Shown piece after piece: positions 18,784 through 28,132 of a DNA stretch of 51,013 nt. The DNA lies in IMG/VR virus record IMGVR_UViG_2548876959_000011. One strand, written 5' to 3'. The notes under the pieces are model-generated. The model saw nothing but the letters and a program-made list of their open reading frames with translations. It searched no databases and had not been told where the DNA came from. The first letter of the stretch is position 1, and every line of letters begins with the position of its first letter. Made by a program: the position numbers and the translations under genes. Source of the stretch: a virus. Taxonomy: Duplodnaviria; Heunggongvirae; Uroviricota; Caudoviricetes.

Positions 18784-20511
18784 TTACTCAGAGTCACCGG
18801 CATCAATCGTGTCGCCGCTAATGAAGTTAAGCCCGCCTTTTTTGGCCATTGTCAGCGTTACACGAGTGAAGTAATCAGCGCCGTTGCGTGGGTGCATATC
18901 GTTGATAGCCGAACCCCACAGCGTGGTACGGTTGACCAGCGCCGGAGTGGTCGGATGCTGGAACGGGATGGCCGGGACAGCATCACCAGTCACGAAGCCT
19001 GCTTTACCCGGATTTTCATCACGGACGTAGCACAGCACATCCATCGAGCTGAACTGAATGTTCTCTGTCGTTAAGTTCTTACAAATACCAGCAGGTACTT
19101 CGTACACTTTCACGTTACCGAACAGGGTACCGATGTAGTGAACATACGGAGTCTGGATATAGTCTTCGGCTGGCTGGAAGAAATCCTTCGGCAACTGTTT
19201 GAAGAAAGATGCTGCATCAGCACCAGCAAACATCCCCATCGCACCAGAAGATTTAACGCGCTCAATAATGTCGCGATATACAGTCTGGAATTTGCCACGA
19301 ATGATGGTTGCCCATACATCAAAGGACTGGTTAACCGGCAGAGCGATGTCAAAGGTGTCGGTCGCAAGAGTACGCCAGATCATGATGCGAAGACGCAGCA
19401 TATCCTGTTCATGAGACAGGTATTCCTTCAGGGTGCGGAACTGTAGGGAACCCAGGTCCAGACCAAATTCACGCTGTGCTTCATACGCCGCCTGTACCGT
19501 GTGCTCAGCCGCGATAACGAACTGGCTTGGGAACAGGGTGTATTTCTTCATTTCGTGGTTGATCAGCGGGATCAGCTCAGGAGCGGCTTCAATATTGATT
19601 TCCGTCTCAATTGCGATCTCAGTGCCTTTATCCGGCGCTTTGGAGAACGACAGGGCAATCTGACCAATGTTGTAGTTCAGAGAGCAGGTAACAGTGATTT
19701 GCTCACCAGCAGCATTAGTAAACGAGTGAAGTAGGCTGCCGGAACCGTTATCAACAACAGACTTAATACGGTTAACGTAGATATTAGTGCGACCTTTTCG
19801 GATTGGTACATTCTGGCCTTCGAAGTCTTCCATCTTGAAGGTTGCGGTTTTGCTGGTGCCATCGGAGCTTGCCACCAGCACATAGCGGCGGCGTAACTGG
19901 CTGTACACACCGACGGATTGCATGTCCAGAACATCACCAGCAGCATAAGAACCAAAAGAGGAACCTGCCACGTTAAAGACTTCATAGATGTCGGACTGGT
20001 CACGCGTAACCGGAATGAAGGTACACGCATCAGCGGTAGCTGCCCCCAACTGAACAGGCAGGATCATCGCGAGGAATAAAGGCAGACGCATAACACCGTC
20101 AGAAACGCTCATCATCTCTGCTGCGACGGATTCCAGCATCGCTTTATTAGTGGCATCCATGCTATTGCGGGTGGACTCAATCAGGCAGTTTTCCAGCGTC
20201 TGGTGGCAGGAGGCCAGAATTTCCGGACGCGGCATAGATTTATGTGCTGCGGCGTAGTCAGCCAGTGCACTTGCCCACGCTGTAGCGATTTGAGCGGTGG
20301 CATTATCAGAGATACCCGCAAAAACCGGGTCTTTACGTGCAGCTTCAAGGATAGATGCGGCACGCGCGGCATCATCTTTAATGAATTGGTTATCAGTACC
20401 GAACTGCGCAGTGCTTGCCCAGCCAAGCACAGCTTTAGAGCGTTTTGCGATATCTGCAATACGATTCTGGTATTCGCGTAAGTTACTCAATTTACTCTTC
20501 CTTAAACACAA
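18784..20511 (-). CDS. putative major head protein (P1 gene 23 position)
   Basis: 575-aa ORF adjacent to parS/parB as recalled for P1 gene 23; GC hairpin immediately downstream. Confidence 0.5.
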   Translation of the reverse strand: MCLRKSKLSNLREYQNRIADIAKRSKAVLGWASTAQFGTDNQFIKDDAARAASILEAARKDPVFAGISDNATAQIATAWASALADYAAAHKSMPRPEILASCHQTLENCLIESTRNSMDATNKAMLESVAAEMMSVSDGVMRLPLFLAMILPVQLGAATADACTFIPVTRDQSDIYEVFNVAGSSFGSYAAGDVLDMQSVGVYSQLRRRYVLVASSDGTSKTATFKMEDFEGQNVPIRKGRTNIYVNRIKSVVDNGSGSLLHSFTNAAGEQITVTCSLNYNIGQIALSFSKAPDKGTEIAIETEINIEAAPELIPLINHEMKKYTLFPSQFVIAAEHTVQAAYEAQREFGLDLGSLQFRTLKEYLSHEQDMLRLRIMIWRTLATDTFDIALPVNQSFDVWATIIRGKFQTVYRDIIERVKSSGAMGMFAGADAASFFKQLPKDFFQPAEDYIQTPYVHYIGTLFGNVKVYEVPAGICKNLTTENIQFSSMDVLCYVRDENPGKAGFVTGDAVPAIPFQHPTTPALVNRTTLWGSAINDMHPRNGADYFTRVTLTMAKKGGLNFISGDTIDAGDSE

Positions 20512-20624
20512 GGCACTTGTGTGAATCCCTTTTCGGAAGAGATTTTATTGAAAGTCACTTGTTGACTTTCTCGTGACAAGCAATTTTTTTATTTTTTTCG
20601 GGAGTAGGGGCGGAAGGTAAAATC

Positions 20625-20712
20625 CAAGGTGAAATCGTGGCGATTTCACCTTGAAATTTTAGATGGATTTACTTTAAAAACAGTAGGTTAATAGTGAAAT
20701 TTGAATGGCGAA
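20625..20712. promoter_or_regulatory. parS: parS partition site
   Basis: ParB heptamer boxes gtgaaat (20629), atttcac (20643), gtgaaat (20694); hexamer boxes tggcga (20638, 20706); A/T-rich IHF-like region between them. Confidence 0.75.
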
Positions 20713-20715
20713 AGT

Positions 20716-21717
20716 TTAAGGCTTCGGCTTTTTATCGAGGCTCTTTCTAAGGATATGCCCAATCATCCTGTCGAGTTCTTCCTGTAGCTCTTTTGAAAGT
20801 CGATTAAACTCATAAGAAAATGCACGGCCTTTCACGCGTTTCCTTGCAAAGCGATCCTTGTCCTCAAATTTCCATAATTCAGTAACTACGGACTTATCTT
20901 TAGAACCTTTATCCGTGAGTAGTGAGGCTTCCTTTGTTATCAAGCGCAGGATTTTATTTTTAACTTCATCTTCGGCCATTTCTTCAATGGATAAGATGTC
21001 GTTTATTTCCGGGGATATGTTTTGAATAAGCTGATCAAACTCTAAATTCTTGTTCCCCATTTCGTCGCCAACAGCACAAAGCGTTTTGTAGTCCGAAAAG
21101 GTTAATTCCGACTGCACAGGGAAAAGGGCGACTAATTCTTCCGGAGCACTCGCTGCCTGGAGAGCACGCGTGACCTTCGCCTGAGACAGCCCTTCTTTGG
21201 CTGCAATATCCTTCTGACTCATCCCATCATTTTTCATTCGCATCAAACGCAGACCTATTTCTCGAATGCTGTGCTGCAATGCTGTCTGAACGTCTTTCGC
21301 TAAATTTTGCGCTTCCTGAACGCTGATCTCCTGGTCCGTGACTAAAACCCGCAACCCTACGTTCTCTAAGATGGCAGAAGCTCGACGCCGGGAACCATCC
21401 AAAATTTCAATTTTCCCTGTAGCCCGTCTAACACCTATTGCAGGGTAAAATTGCTGATGCTTAATAGTGCTTCGGATACTTTTTAATGATTTTGGCGTAA
21501 GAGATGCCTGGTCACGCCCGTTGTTATGCTGATCAACAAAGGTATCGCTTTCTACCTGGTTCGGAGGTATTACCTCTTCAATAAATGTGGCCTGGCGACC
21601 AGTTGATAACTTGAATACCTGCTCGACTCGATCGCCAGAGGCTGAAGAACTATCAAATCCGCTTAATATTGAAGGATTAAGGGTTCGCCCAATTGTTGGT
21701 CTGTTTTTCTTTGACAT
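20716..21717 (-). CDS. parB: ParB partition protein
   Basis: 333-aa ORF downstream of parA and adjacent to parS; N-terminus MSKKNRPTIGRTLNPS... recalled as P1 ParB. Confidence 0.95.
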   Translation of the reverse strand: MSKKNRPTIGRTLNPSILSGFDSSSASGDRVEQVFKLSTGRQATFIEEVIPPNQVESDTFVDQHNNGRDQASLTPKSLKSIRSTIKHQQFYPAIGVRRATGKIEILDGSRRRASAILENVGLRVLVTDQEISVQEAQNLAKDVQTALQHSIREIGLRLMRMKNDGMSQKDIAAKEGLSQAKVTRALQAASAPEELVALFPVQSELTFSDYKTLCAVGDEMGNKNLEFDQLIQNISPEINDILSIEEMAEDEVKNKILRLITKEASLLTDKGSKDKSVVTELWKFEDKDRFARKRVKGRAFSYEFNRLSKELQEELDRMIGHILRKSLDKKPKP

Positions 21718-21733
21718 GGGGGGTTCTTACTCC

Positions 21734-22930
21734 TCAGTTAGATCTGATAAATTCAATACGGTCAAAAACTGCTTTAGCAAAATCTTCCGCGGCAATTCGC
21801 GCGTTCTTCAATGCATCAGCACTACCAACATACGTTGCCGGGTTAGCTGAAATAACAGTGTCAAAAGACTCGCCGCAACGTTCAAAACCGTCAAGGCGAG
21901 GGAGGACGACATCGAGCATATCCCCACCGAACACTTCTTTAGCCAGGCTATGGCAATACTTATGATCTGCCTTGTTACTCAACTTGGACATAAAACCAAT
22001 GTTAGTCGCAAGCTGGCACTCGCAGCCTTCATCCGAAATGAGTTTTACCAACTCAGGAAGGCGGGCAACGTATTTAAGCGATGAGTGGAAATCGACAGTT
22101 GCTGGCGGCAGAGGTGTAAACAGTATATTGGCCGAGGCCAAAGCATTTTTCAGGAAGGCGTCAAGGTGAGGACCACTATCAACGAGGATAAAGTCATAAT
22201 CGCTCTTCAGCTTATCAATCACATTTTCTTTCAGGACAGCATGGATGTTCTGACCCGGTAGATGCTCATTGCACAGCTCTCTCCAATCGGATGCAATAAA
22301 GGCATCGTCAATCGACGCAGGCATAACGTCAACCCCAGGTACAACAGAAGGAACAATAAACTCCTCTAACAGCTCTTCACGGCTTACATTCTGCAACATA
22401 GCCTGTGCAGATGTTGCGTTTACGATACCAATAGAGTGTTTATGGCTTAAAAACATCGTTGCGGAAGATTGCGGATCAAGGTCAATAACCAGAATCCTTA
22501 AATCCTCCATAAGAAGATGAGGGTGAGCACGCATTGCATGCGCCAGAGAAACCGTCGATACAGTTTTTGACACACCGCCTTTAAGATTGGAGATGAAAAT
22601 CACATACGCTTCGCTGTAGCGATCCCGGTATTTTGGCACTCCGCGATGTTCATATATGTCAATGATGTTCTGAATTGACATCGCATATTTCATTGAAGAG
22701 CCAGCAGGGCGTTTATCGAAAACATAACCCTTTTCTTCCATTTCACTTACGGCATAGTCAACGTTCGCTCGAGTCAGTAGAGGCAATTTTGCCAGTGCCG
22801 CTTTCGCATAGACCTGGTAAAACTCGTTCGCGTGTAGCTCATCCTTTTGCAACTGTACTTGTTCAGTCAGAACATTGAGCATTCTGTTTGCTCTTTGAGC
22901 AACCTTGTGAAGCTGGCTGGAATCACTCAT
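21734..22930 (-). CDS. parA: ParA partition ATPase
   Basis: 398-aa ORF; deviant Walker A KGGVSKTVSTVSLA; N-terminal extension typical of type Ia ParA. Confidence 0.95.
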   Translation of the reverse strand: MSDSSQLHKVAQRANRMLNVLTEQVQLQKDELHANEFYQVYAKAALAKLPLLTRANVDYAVSEMEEKGYVFDKRPAGSSMKYAMSIQNIIDIYEHRGVPKYRDRYSEAYVIFISNLKGGVSKTVSTVSLAHAMRAHPHLLMEDLRILVIDLDPQSSATMFLSHKHSIGIVNATSAQAMLQNVSREELLEEFIVPSVVPGVDVMPASIDDAFIASDWRELCNEHLPGQNIHAVLKENVIDKLKSDYDFILVDSGPHLDAFLKNALASANILFTPLPPATVDFHSSLKYVARLPELVKLISDEGCECQLATNIGFMSKLSNKADHKYCHSLAKEVFGGDMLDVVLPRLDGFERCGESFDTVISANPATYVGSADALKNARIAAEDFAKAVFDRIEFIRSN

Positions 22931-23203
22931 CGAAAGACATCCTTTATGCTGTATTTTTGAATTTAATTAAAAATGCTGCATAAAATAATAATGTATGCGT
23001 AGATGCTTGTACATAGCATTCTCTGCATGCTTACTCCTTTGCCAAGTGTGTCACAACATGCTTTGGCATCCTCCACGCATAAAGGACGCGGATTTCTTCT
23101 ACGTTCAGGTTGTAGCCTGAATCATTTTGGTGATTTCCTGCTTCAATGGGCAGCCAAGCTTCACTCTCTATCAACTGGTGAGAACGGCTTGCCCGGCAGC
23201 TTC

Positions 23204-23488
23204 GATGTGTGCTGGAGGGAGAATAAAAGTCTAAGATGTGCGATAGAGGGAAGTCGCATTGAATTATGTGCTGTGGAGGGATCGCTGGTATCAAATATGT
23301 GTGCTGGAGGGAAAGGCAGAGAATTACATGTGCACTGGAGGGAAAAGCGGATGGACAGATGTGTGCTGGAGGGAAAGTCTGGGCAAACTGAGGGGCGTTC
23401 CCCTCCAGCGCACATCAAAAACAGGAAATTGGACAAGCCTTCCCGGCAGCACACATCTTTTTAATGCGGTTTCCCTCCAGCACACACT
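23204..23488. repeat. incA: incA iteron array (9 RepA-binding 19-bp repeats)
   Basis: Six copies of GATGTGTGCTGGAGGGAAA-like repeats in one orientation (23204-23377) and three inverted (23401-23488), between repA and parA. Confidence 0.9.
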
Positions 23489-24348
23489 TATTCGGGGAGT
23501 TTCAGCTTTGGATTGCGAGAATGGACGATTACAAAACTTTCCCGGCCTTTCTTCTCAATAGAACAGTCGAGATAGCCGATTGTTTTAAGCTGTTCTATCG
23601 CTTTCTTAATGATACGGTTTTGCTCGCCAACAGCTGACTGCAAAGCCAGGCGCTCACGGATTCGCGCGAACGATAGCGGCAACGGGTTCTGCGGAAGGCT
23701 TTCGATGAAAGTGTAAATGGCTTGTGCAGCTTCTTTCTTCGGAAGGGCACGCAAGGCGTGGTGTTGCAACAGAACGCGATAATCAAGCTGGAACAGCTCC
23801 CACAACTTCGAATCAGCCTCCAGCTCTATCAGATCAAGGTCAGCATCAAAACGCCCGACCTTCAGCAGACCAGTCTGATAGCCGCCTTTAGCATCTTTTC
23901 CGCGCTTAAAAGCGATACCCTTGTTACGCAAGCGTCCAAGTGATTCATGAATGGTTAAACGCAGTTTCGCATCCAGACGTTTTGAGGGGAAACCACAGGC
24001 TTTAGCGAATTCCTGAAACGATAACTGGATGGTGTTTGAGGACAAGCCGTATTTGCTGAACGCGTAGATGACACCGATCCACGTTTTGAAATCAGTATCC
24101 ATATCGAGTCGAGGACCGGTGATTTTAATATCATCGTAACCCTCGGCTTTAGCTATCTCCAGCTGGGAAAACGCTTTGGTGGCATCAATCTCTTTACTTT
24201 CTCCTTTGCTCTTTGATGGCTTCGGAACGAATACCCCCAAGCGCATCAACGCTACAGGCTGGACAGTGTTGTTTGAATTAACTGTTAGTTCTTTTGCCTT
24301 ACTTTCAATGTCTGCGTAAAGAATATCGGAGATAAATGATTGATTCAT
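23488..24348 (-). CDS. repA: RepA plasmid replication initiator
   Basis: 286-aa ORF flanked by iteron arrays on both sides. Confidence 0.95.
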   Translation of the reverse strand: MNQSFISDILYADIESKAKELTVNSNNTVQPVALMRLGVFVPKPSKSKGESKEIDATKAFSQLEIAKAEGYDDIKITGPRLDMDTDFKTWIGVIYAFSKYGLSSNTIQLSFQEFAKACGFPSKRLDAKLRLTIHESLGRLRNKGIAFKRGKDAKGGYQTGLLKVGRFDADLDLIELEADSKLWELFQLDYRVLLQHHALRALPKKEAAQAIYTFIESLPQNPLPLSFARIRERLALQSAVGEQNRIIKKAIEQLKTIGYLDCSIEKKGRESFVIVHSRNPKLKLPE

Positions 24349-24404
24349 ATTACTTTTTCCGAATTGTGTGGATAGTTTTTATAAGTGGTGATAACTACCC
24401 AGGC

Positions 24405-24510
24405 TTTCCCGTCAGCACACATCCTATATCCCGCCAGCACACATTAGCAACCCGTCAGCACACATTTTTATCCCTCCAGCACACATCGTTTTCCCTCCAG
24501 CACACATCGC
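24405..24510. repeat. incC: incC iterons (5 copies) of the plasmid origin oriR
   Basis: Five CCAGCACACAT-containing 19-bp repeats at roughly 21-bp spacing directly upstream of repA. Confidence 0.9.
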
Positions 24511-24544
24511 GATACACTTCTAAGCCAGACGTGGCGCGGCCTGC

Positions 24545-24630
24545 AACGATCAGGGATCTATATGGATCTAATTGGGATCTGTATGGACCTGATTATTGGA
24601 TCTATCCAGTGGATAATGTGGATAAGTGAA
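24545..24630. promoter_or_regulatory. oriR GATC cluster and DnaA boxes
   Basis: Five GATC sites in 24548-24603; DnaA box tgtggataa (24617-24625) plus agtggataa (24608-24616); a further box tgtggatag at 24367-24375. Confidence 0.7.
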
Positions 24631-24652
24631 AAACCGGCCAACAAAGCCGGTT
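24626..24652 (-). terminator. terminator insulating oriR from the upstream leftward operon
   Basis: Stem aaccggc/gccggtt followed on the minus strand by TTTTTCAC. Confidence 0.55.
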
Positions 24653-24666
24653 AGAAGGAAACCGTA

Positions 24667-25059
24667 TTATTCTACGCTTTCGATAAGAAGACCATGTTCA
24701 TAACATTTAAGCTCATCGCCTTCATACAGGAATTGGTATCCAACACCACCACCTTCCGGAACATTAGGGAATAAATCATCACTTACCGAAGAACAAATCA
24801 CACCAATGCAGCGATCAACGCCTTCTCGTTCTTCAGTGCTGAAAAAATCCTCTTCGGTAAGAACATGAGTACATTGCTCATCAGCATAGGTCGGAAATAC
24901 ATGCTCGATGCAATCCGGGTGTTTTAAACCAAGCTGATCGGCAAGCTCGAAAGCATGACGGTATTGTTCAGATCCTGGCTTGCCAACAGTGATGTGCTCA
25001 ATTTTGTAGATTGAAGTCGCTTTGTTGATAGTTTGCTTTACTGTTACTTTATCAGACAT
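24667..25059 (-). CDS. hypothetical protein (P1 upfA position)
   Basis: 130-aa ORF; no recognisable motif. Confidence 0.5.
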   Translation of the reverse strand: MSDKVTVKQTINKATSIYKIEHITVGKPGSEQYRHAFELADQLGLKHPDCIEHVFPTYADEQCTHVLTEEDFFSTEEREGVDRCIGVICSSVSDDLFPNVPEGGGVGYQFLYEGDELKCYEHGLLIESVE

Positions 25060-25070
25060 AAAAATCCCTT

Positions 25071-25403
25071 TTAGTTACCGCTGATAGCGCGGTTGTAATC
25101 ATTAACGTTGCGATTCTTCCTGTTAATCCCCATCAGCATCGTTTCTGTATCAAGGATATACGCTGGCAGATCATCAAAATATTCACTGCTAAACTCTGGC
25201 ATTCTGCACATAAATGCACTTTTGGGGGCAGGGTGGTTAACCTTTGTCGGCGTCGGCGTTAAATTCGCTGATCGACTCCCGGAGCAACCGCTGAGTGTCA
25301 GCAGGAATGCGCTGGCGAACATTACCCGCCGCAACCAGTTGTTTCTGAACTTCAGCTTTTCGTTCCATTTGCCTGTCAGCATATTTGGCTTGTTCTGATT
25401 CAT
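25071..25403 (-). CDS. lipoprotein (mlp-like); candidate o-spanin
   Basis: Lipobox LTLSGC; probable true start at internal Met (about 25322); overlaps the 3-prime end of the upstream ORF in another frame. Confidence 0.55.
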   Translation of the reverse strand: MNQNKPNMLTGKWNEKLKFRNNWLRRVMFASAFLLTLSGCSGSRSANLTPTPTKVNHPAPKSAFMCRMPEFSSEYFDDLPAYILDTETMLMGINRKNRNVNDYNRAISGN

Positions 25404-25686
25404 TTTTCACTTCCTGGCTGTGAAAATGTTGCTCTGCTTTGTTCATCGTCTCAATGGTCTGGTTAAGATCCATTATTGACTTATCACGTTCCTTAACAGC
25501 CTGATCAAGACTGCCAATTTTCTCGATGGCTTGCTTTAGCTGATGACGTTCCCATGCAAACCCAGCACCAACAAGTGCGCAAATCAGAACAAGAACACCA
25601 GTAGCAGCAAGTTTCTCCTTCAAAGACAAAGCTGTTTTTAACGTAGAAAAGAATGACATGTCTTCCTCCTGAAGAAAAATTATCAA
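25237..25686 (-). CDS. membrane-anchored coiled-coil periplasmic protein (ppfA-like); candidate i-spanin
   Basis: 149-aa ORF; N-terminal TM segment GVLVLICALVGAGFAW then charged coiled-coil region. Confidence 0.55.
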   Translation of the reverse strand: MIIFLQEEDMSFFSTLKTALSLKEKLAATGVLVLICALVGAGFAWERHQLKQAIEKIGSLDQAVKERDKSIMDLNQTIETMNKAEQHFHSQEVKNESEQAKYADRQMERKAEVQKQLVAAGNVRQRIPADTQRLLRESISEFNADADKG

Positions 25687-25698
25687 TGAAGTCCTTTG

Positions 25699-26544
25699 TT
25701 ACTGTGCCGCTTTGTTTAATTCATCAAGAACAGAATCAGGAACCAAAGCAGCAACTGCGCTGGCTGTGCTGGCCTTATTTGCTGATGCTTCCGCAAGCGC
25801 AGTACCGATAGCATGGTTATAAGCAGTTATGGCTACATTGGCGCTTTCATTCGCTCGTTCATACTGCTGTTGTAACGCAGTTGTGGGCGCTGTTGTCTGG
25901 TTGAAAACAACCCCAAACTGTTCAGTTGCTACTTTCAGAGATTCAATTTGCTCTTCTGTTAGTGCTGGTGGGGGAGTGGCAGTGCCGCCGCCTGAACCAG
26001 AGCCTGACGAGCTTCCTGAGCCAGTGTTAAGGGTCTGGTTAATCTCCCCCATAGCAGCGACTAAACTTGATGTATTAAGCGCGTTTACAGCGTCCTCAAG
26101 CGATTTAGTAATAGTCACATCACCAATGGCAATAGAGATCGGCAGTTCTGATACTTCTCGCTCATTAGCACGGCAGTAAACATCCCAACCAATATCGAGT
26201 TGAAGCAGCATTGACAGATCTGCATAACCAGCCAACAGGTCCGCGTGCTTAGTTGCCAGTTCTCCAATGTTCGTTAAGCCGGTTGTGGTTGTTCTGATCG
26301 TTGAAACATAGCTGGTAATAGTGTCGGGATAGACAATTGTATCCAGAATTAATCCGGTCAATTCTTCTGCAAGCAGTTTTGCTGTGTTAGCACTGTTTCG
26401 TGCCGATGTTATGGCACCAGGTGTTTTCATCCCACCGGCGGCGGCCAATTTTTTATATGCGGATAACTGGTAGTCTTTTTCCAGCATGATATCTCCTAAC
26501 TTACCTGAACCAGGCCGTCTCCGGACGCTACGGTAGATCCGCAT
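25699..26544 (-). CDS. hypothetical protein with Gly/Ser-rich linker
   Basis: 281-aa ORF; GSGSSSGSGSGGG linker; likely start at internal Met (MLEKDY...). Confidence 0.45.
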   Translation of the reverse strand: MRIYRSVRRRPGSGKLGDIMLEKDYQLSAYKKLAAAGGMKTPGAITSARNSANTAKLLAEELTGLILDTIVYPDTITSYVSTIRTTTTGLTNIGELATKHADLLAGYADLSMLLQLDIGWDVYCRANEREVSELPISIAIGDVTITKSLEDAVNALNTSSLVAAMGEINQTLNTGSGSSSGSGSGGGTATPPPALTEEQIESLKVATEQFGVVFNQTTAPTTALQQQYERANESANVAITAYNHAIGTALAEASANKASTASAVAALVPDSVLDELNKAAQ

Positions 26545-26780
26545 GAAACAGGGTCACCAACGCATACGATCCCTTTACCATTGACGGTAAACCATGCCCT
26601 GGTTGATATAGCTTGCCCACCGTGCGTACTGTTTCCATCGGTATGCTGTGCATATTGCTTACCATCAACTAACACTTCGACTCCGTTGACTTTAAGTAGT
26701 GGTTCACTCTCTACAGGAGGCCTGGATGGGAATCCTCCGTGCCCCGAACAAATGCTGTCTTTTGTTGCAATACTTGCCAC
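26496..26780 (-). CDS. small beta-rich protein, possibly PAAR-like
   Basis: 94-aa ORF; repeated HGG...VNG...GDPVSCGS pattern. Confidence 0.35.
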   Translation of the reverse strand: MASIATKDSICSGHGGFPSRPPVESEPLLKVNGVEVLVDGKQYAQHTDGNSTHGGQAISTRAWFTVNGKGIVCVGDPVSCGSTVASGDGLVQVS

Positions 26781-26861
26781 GTCATCACCAATTATTTGCT
26801 CTGATTTTCGTTATTTTAACTCAGGTTGTTTGTGGTCTACACGGAGTTCAACTATTGCAAA

Positions 26862-26878
26862 ATTGCTCTAATAAATAT
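26862..26878 (+). promoter_or_regulatory. C1 operator-like site upstream of the hrdC-dmt operon
   Basis: ATTGCTCTAATAAATAT, 16/17 match. Confidence 0.65.
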
Positions 26879-26949
26879 TGTTTTTTATGTCGTATTTTCG
26901 GTACCATTCAGCCATCGCCCTTCAATGGGCATTTGTTTGGAGTCGTCAG

Positions 26950-27234
26950 ATGCAGATGGAGCTAATAAGCCGCAAAGAGTTCGATAGCCGTGTAACCAGC
27001 GGTGAACTCGACAACTTGCAGGCTATCAAGGTGAAAGAAGGCTTTTGCCTCATTGGGAATCAGAGCGGAACAAATCGCGTTTTTATGCTTCGCCGTACGG
27101 ATTTGAAGCCATTTGTCTGGAAGAACGAAATTGGTCCCAGCTCATACGCTCAAACGAGGGGGTGCCACAACCTGGCCTTTTTCTACAAAGACGAGCTTTC
27201 TGTGGTTGATATTCAAGGGTTACAACATGTTTAA
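26950..27234 (+). CDS. hypothetical protein upstream of hrdC
   Basis: ATG at 26950 with GGAG RBS inside ORF 26878..27234; 8-nt overlap with hrdC start. Confidence 0.45.
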   Translation: MQMELISRKEFDSRVTSGELDNLQAIKVKEGFCLIGNQSGTNRVFMLRRTDLKPFVWKNEIGPSSYAQTRGCHNLAFFYKDELSVVDIQGLQHV

Positions 27235-28132
27235 GCACTGGAAAAACATTACTATTTATAAACTTTCTCGTGAGGCGGATCTGACCGACTTAGAAGATAA
27301 AAAGAAAATGATCCTTTTCACGCCATGCGGTAGTCAGGATATGGCCAAGTTCGGTTTTGTATCTCCATTTGGTGATAATTCCGAAGTTATCGCTATGCAT
27401 GGAAATGGTTTTATCCTTGTTGAAGCAAAGCGCGAAACAAAAATTCTTCCCCCGCCGGTTATCCAGCGAGCTATTCAAGAAAAAATTGAAAAACTTGAGC
27501 AAGAACAAGCGCGTAAACTGAAGAAAACAGAGAAGGACTCCCTGAAAGACGAAGTTCTGCATTCTCTTCTGCCACGGGCTTTTTCAAAGTTTTCTGTTAT
27601 CCAGGCGATCTACGACGGTTCAACTAAACGTATCTATATCAATGCCAGCGCGCGGCAGGCAGAGGATATGCTCGCGCTTATGCGTAAGTCTCTGGGTTCT
27701 CTTCCTGTTGTTCCCCTGAGTGTTGAAAATCCCATTGAATTAACGCTGACCGACTGGGTACGTGATGGTAGTGCTCCACAGGGATTTCAAATGGGGGATG
27801 CGGCAGAACTTAAGGCAGTGCTTGAGGATGGCGGTATTGCCCGGGTGAAAAAGCAGGATTTGGGAAGCGATGAAATTTCCACACACCTGGAAGCTGGCAA
27901 GCTCGTCACTAAGTTGGCACTCGACTGGCAGAACCGCATTAAATTTACACTGGACCATAACTTCAGCCTTACCAGCGTCAAATTTGCGGATGAATTGCTT
28001 GAGCAGAACTCTGATATTGATAGTGAAGATGTTGCGCAGCGACTGGACGCAGATTTCTTCCTGTTGACCAGTGAAATTTCGTGCCTGGTTGATGCTCTGG
28101 TAAATGCCCTTGGTGGAGAGGCTAAGCAGTGA
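27227..28132 (+). CDS. hrdC: RdgC-family recombination-associated protein (P1 HrdC-like)
   Basis: Start [16 protein letters not shown]... and [23 protein letters not shown] match the RdgC family; ORF-track entry 27113 extends upstream in frame. Confidence 0.85.
   Translation: MFKHWKNITIYKLSREADLTDLEDKKKMILFTPCGSQDMAKFGFVSPFGDNSEVIAMHGNGFILVEAKRETKILPPPVIQRAIQEKIEKLEQEQARKLKKTEKDSLKDEVLHSLLPRAFSKFSVIQAIYDGSTKRIYINASARQAEDMLALMRKSLGSLPVVPLSVENPIELTLTDWVRDGSAPQGFQMGDAAELKAVLEDGGIARVKKQDLGSDEISTHLEAGKLVTKLALDWQNRIKFTLDHNFSLTSVKFADELLEQNSDIDSEDVAQRLDADFFLLTSEISCLVDALVNALGGEAKQ

Noticed and set aside
23003-23561. ORFs overlapping the incA iterons (23003..23464 +, 23031..23294 -, 23161..23454 -, 23259..23561 +)
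   Set aside because: Repetitive translations generated by the 19-bp iterons; no independent coding signal.
24336-24629. ORF 24336..24629 (+) across incC/oriR
   Set aside because: Lies on the origin iterons and GATC cluster; an artefact of repeat sequence.
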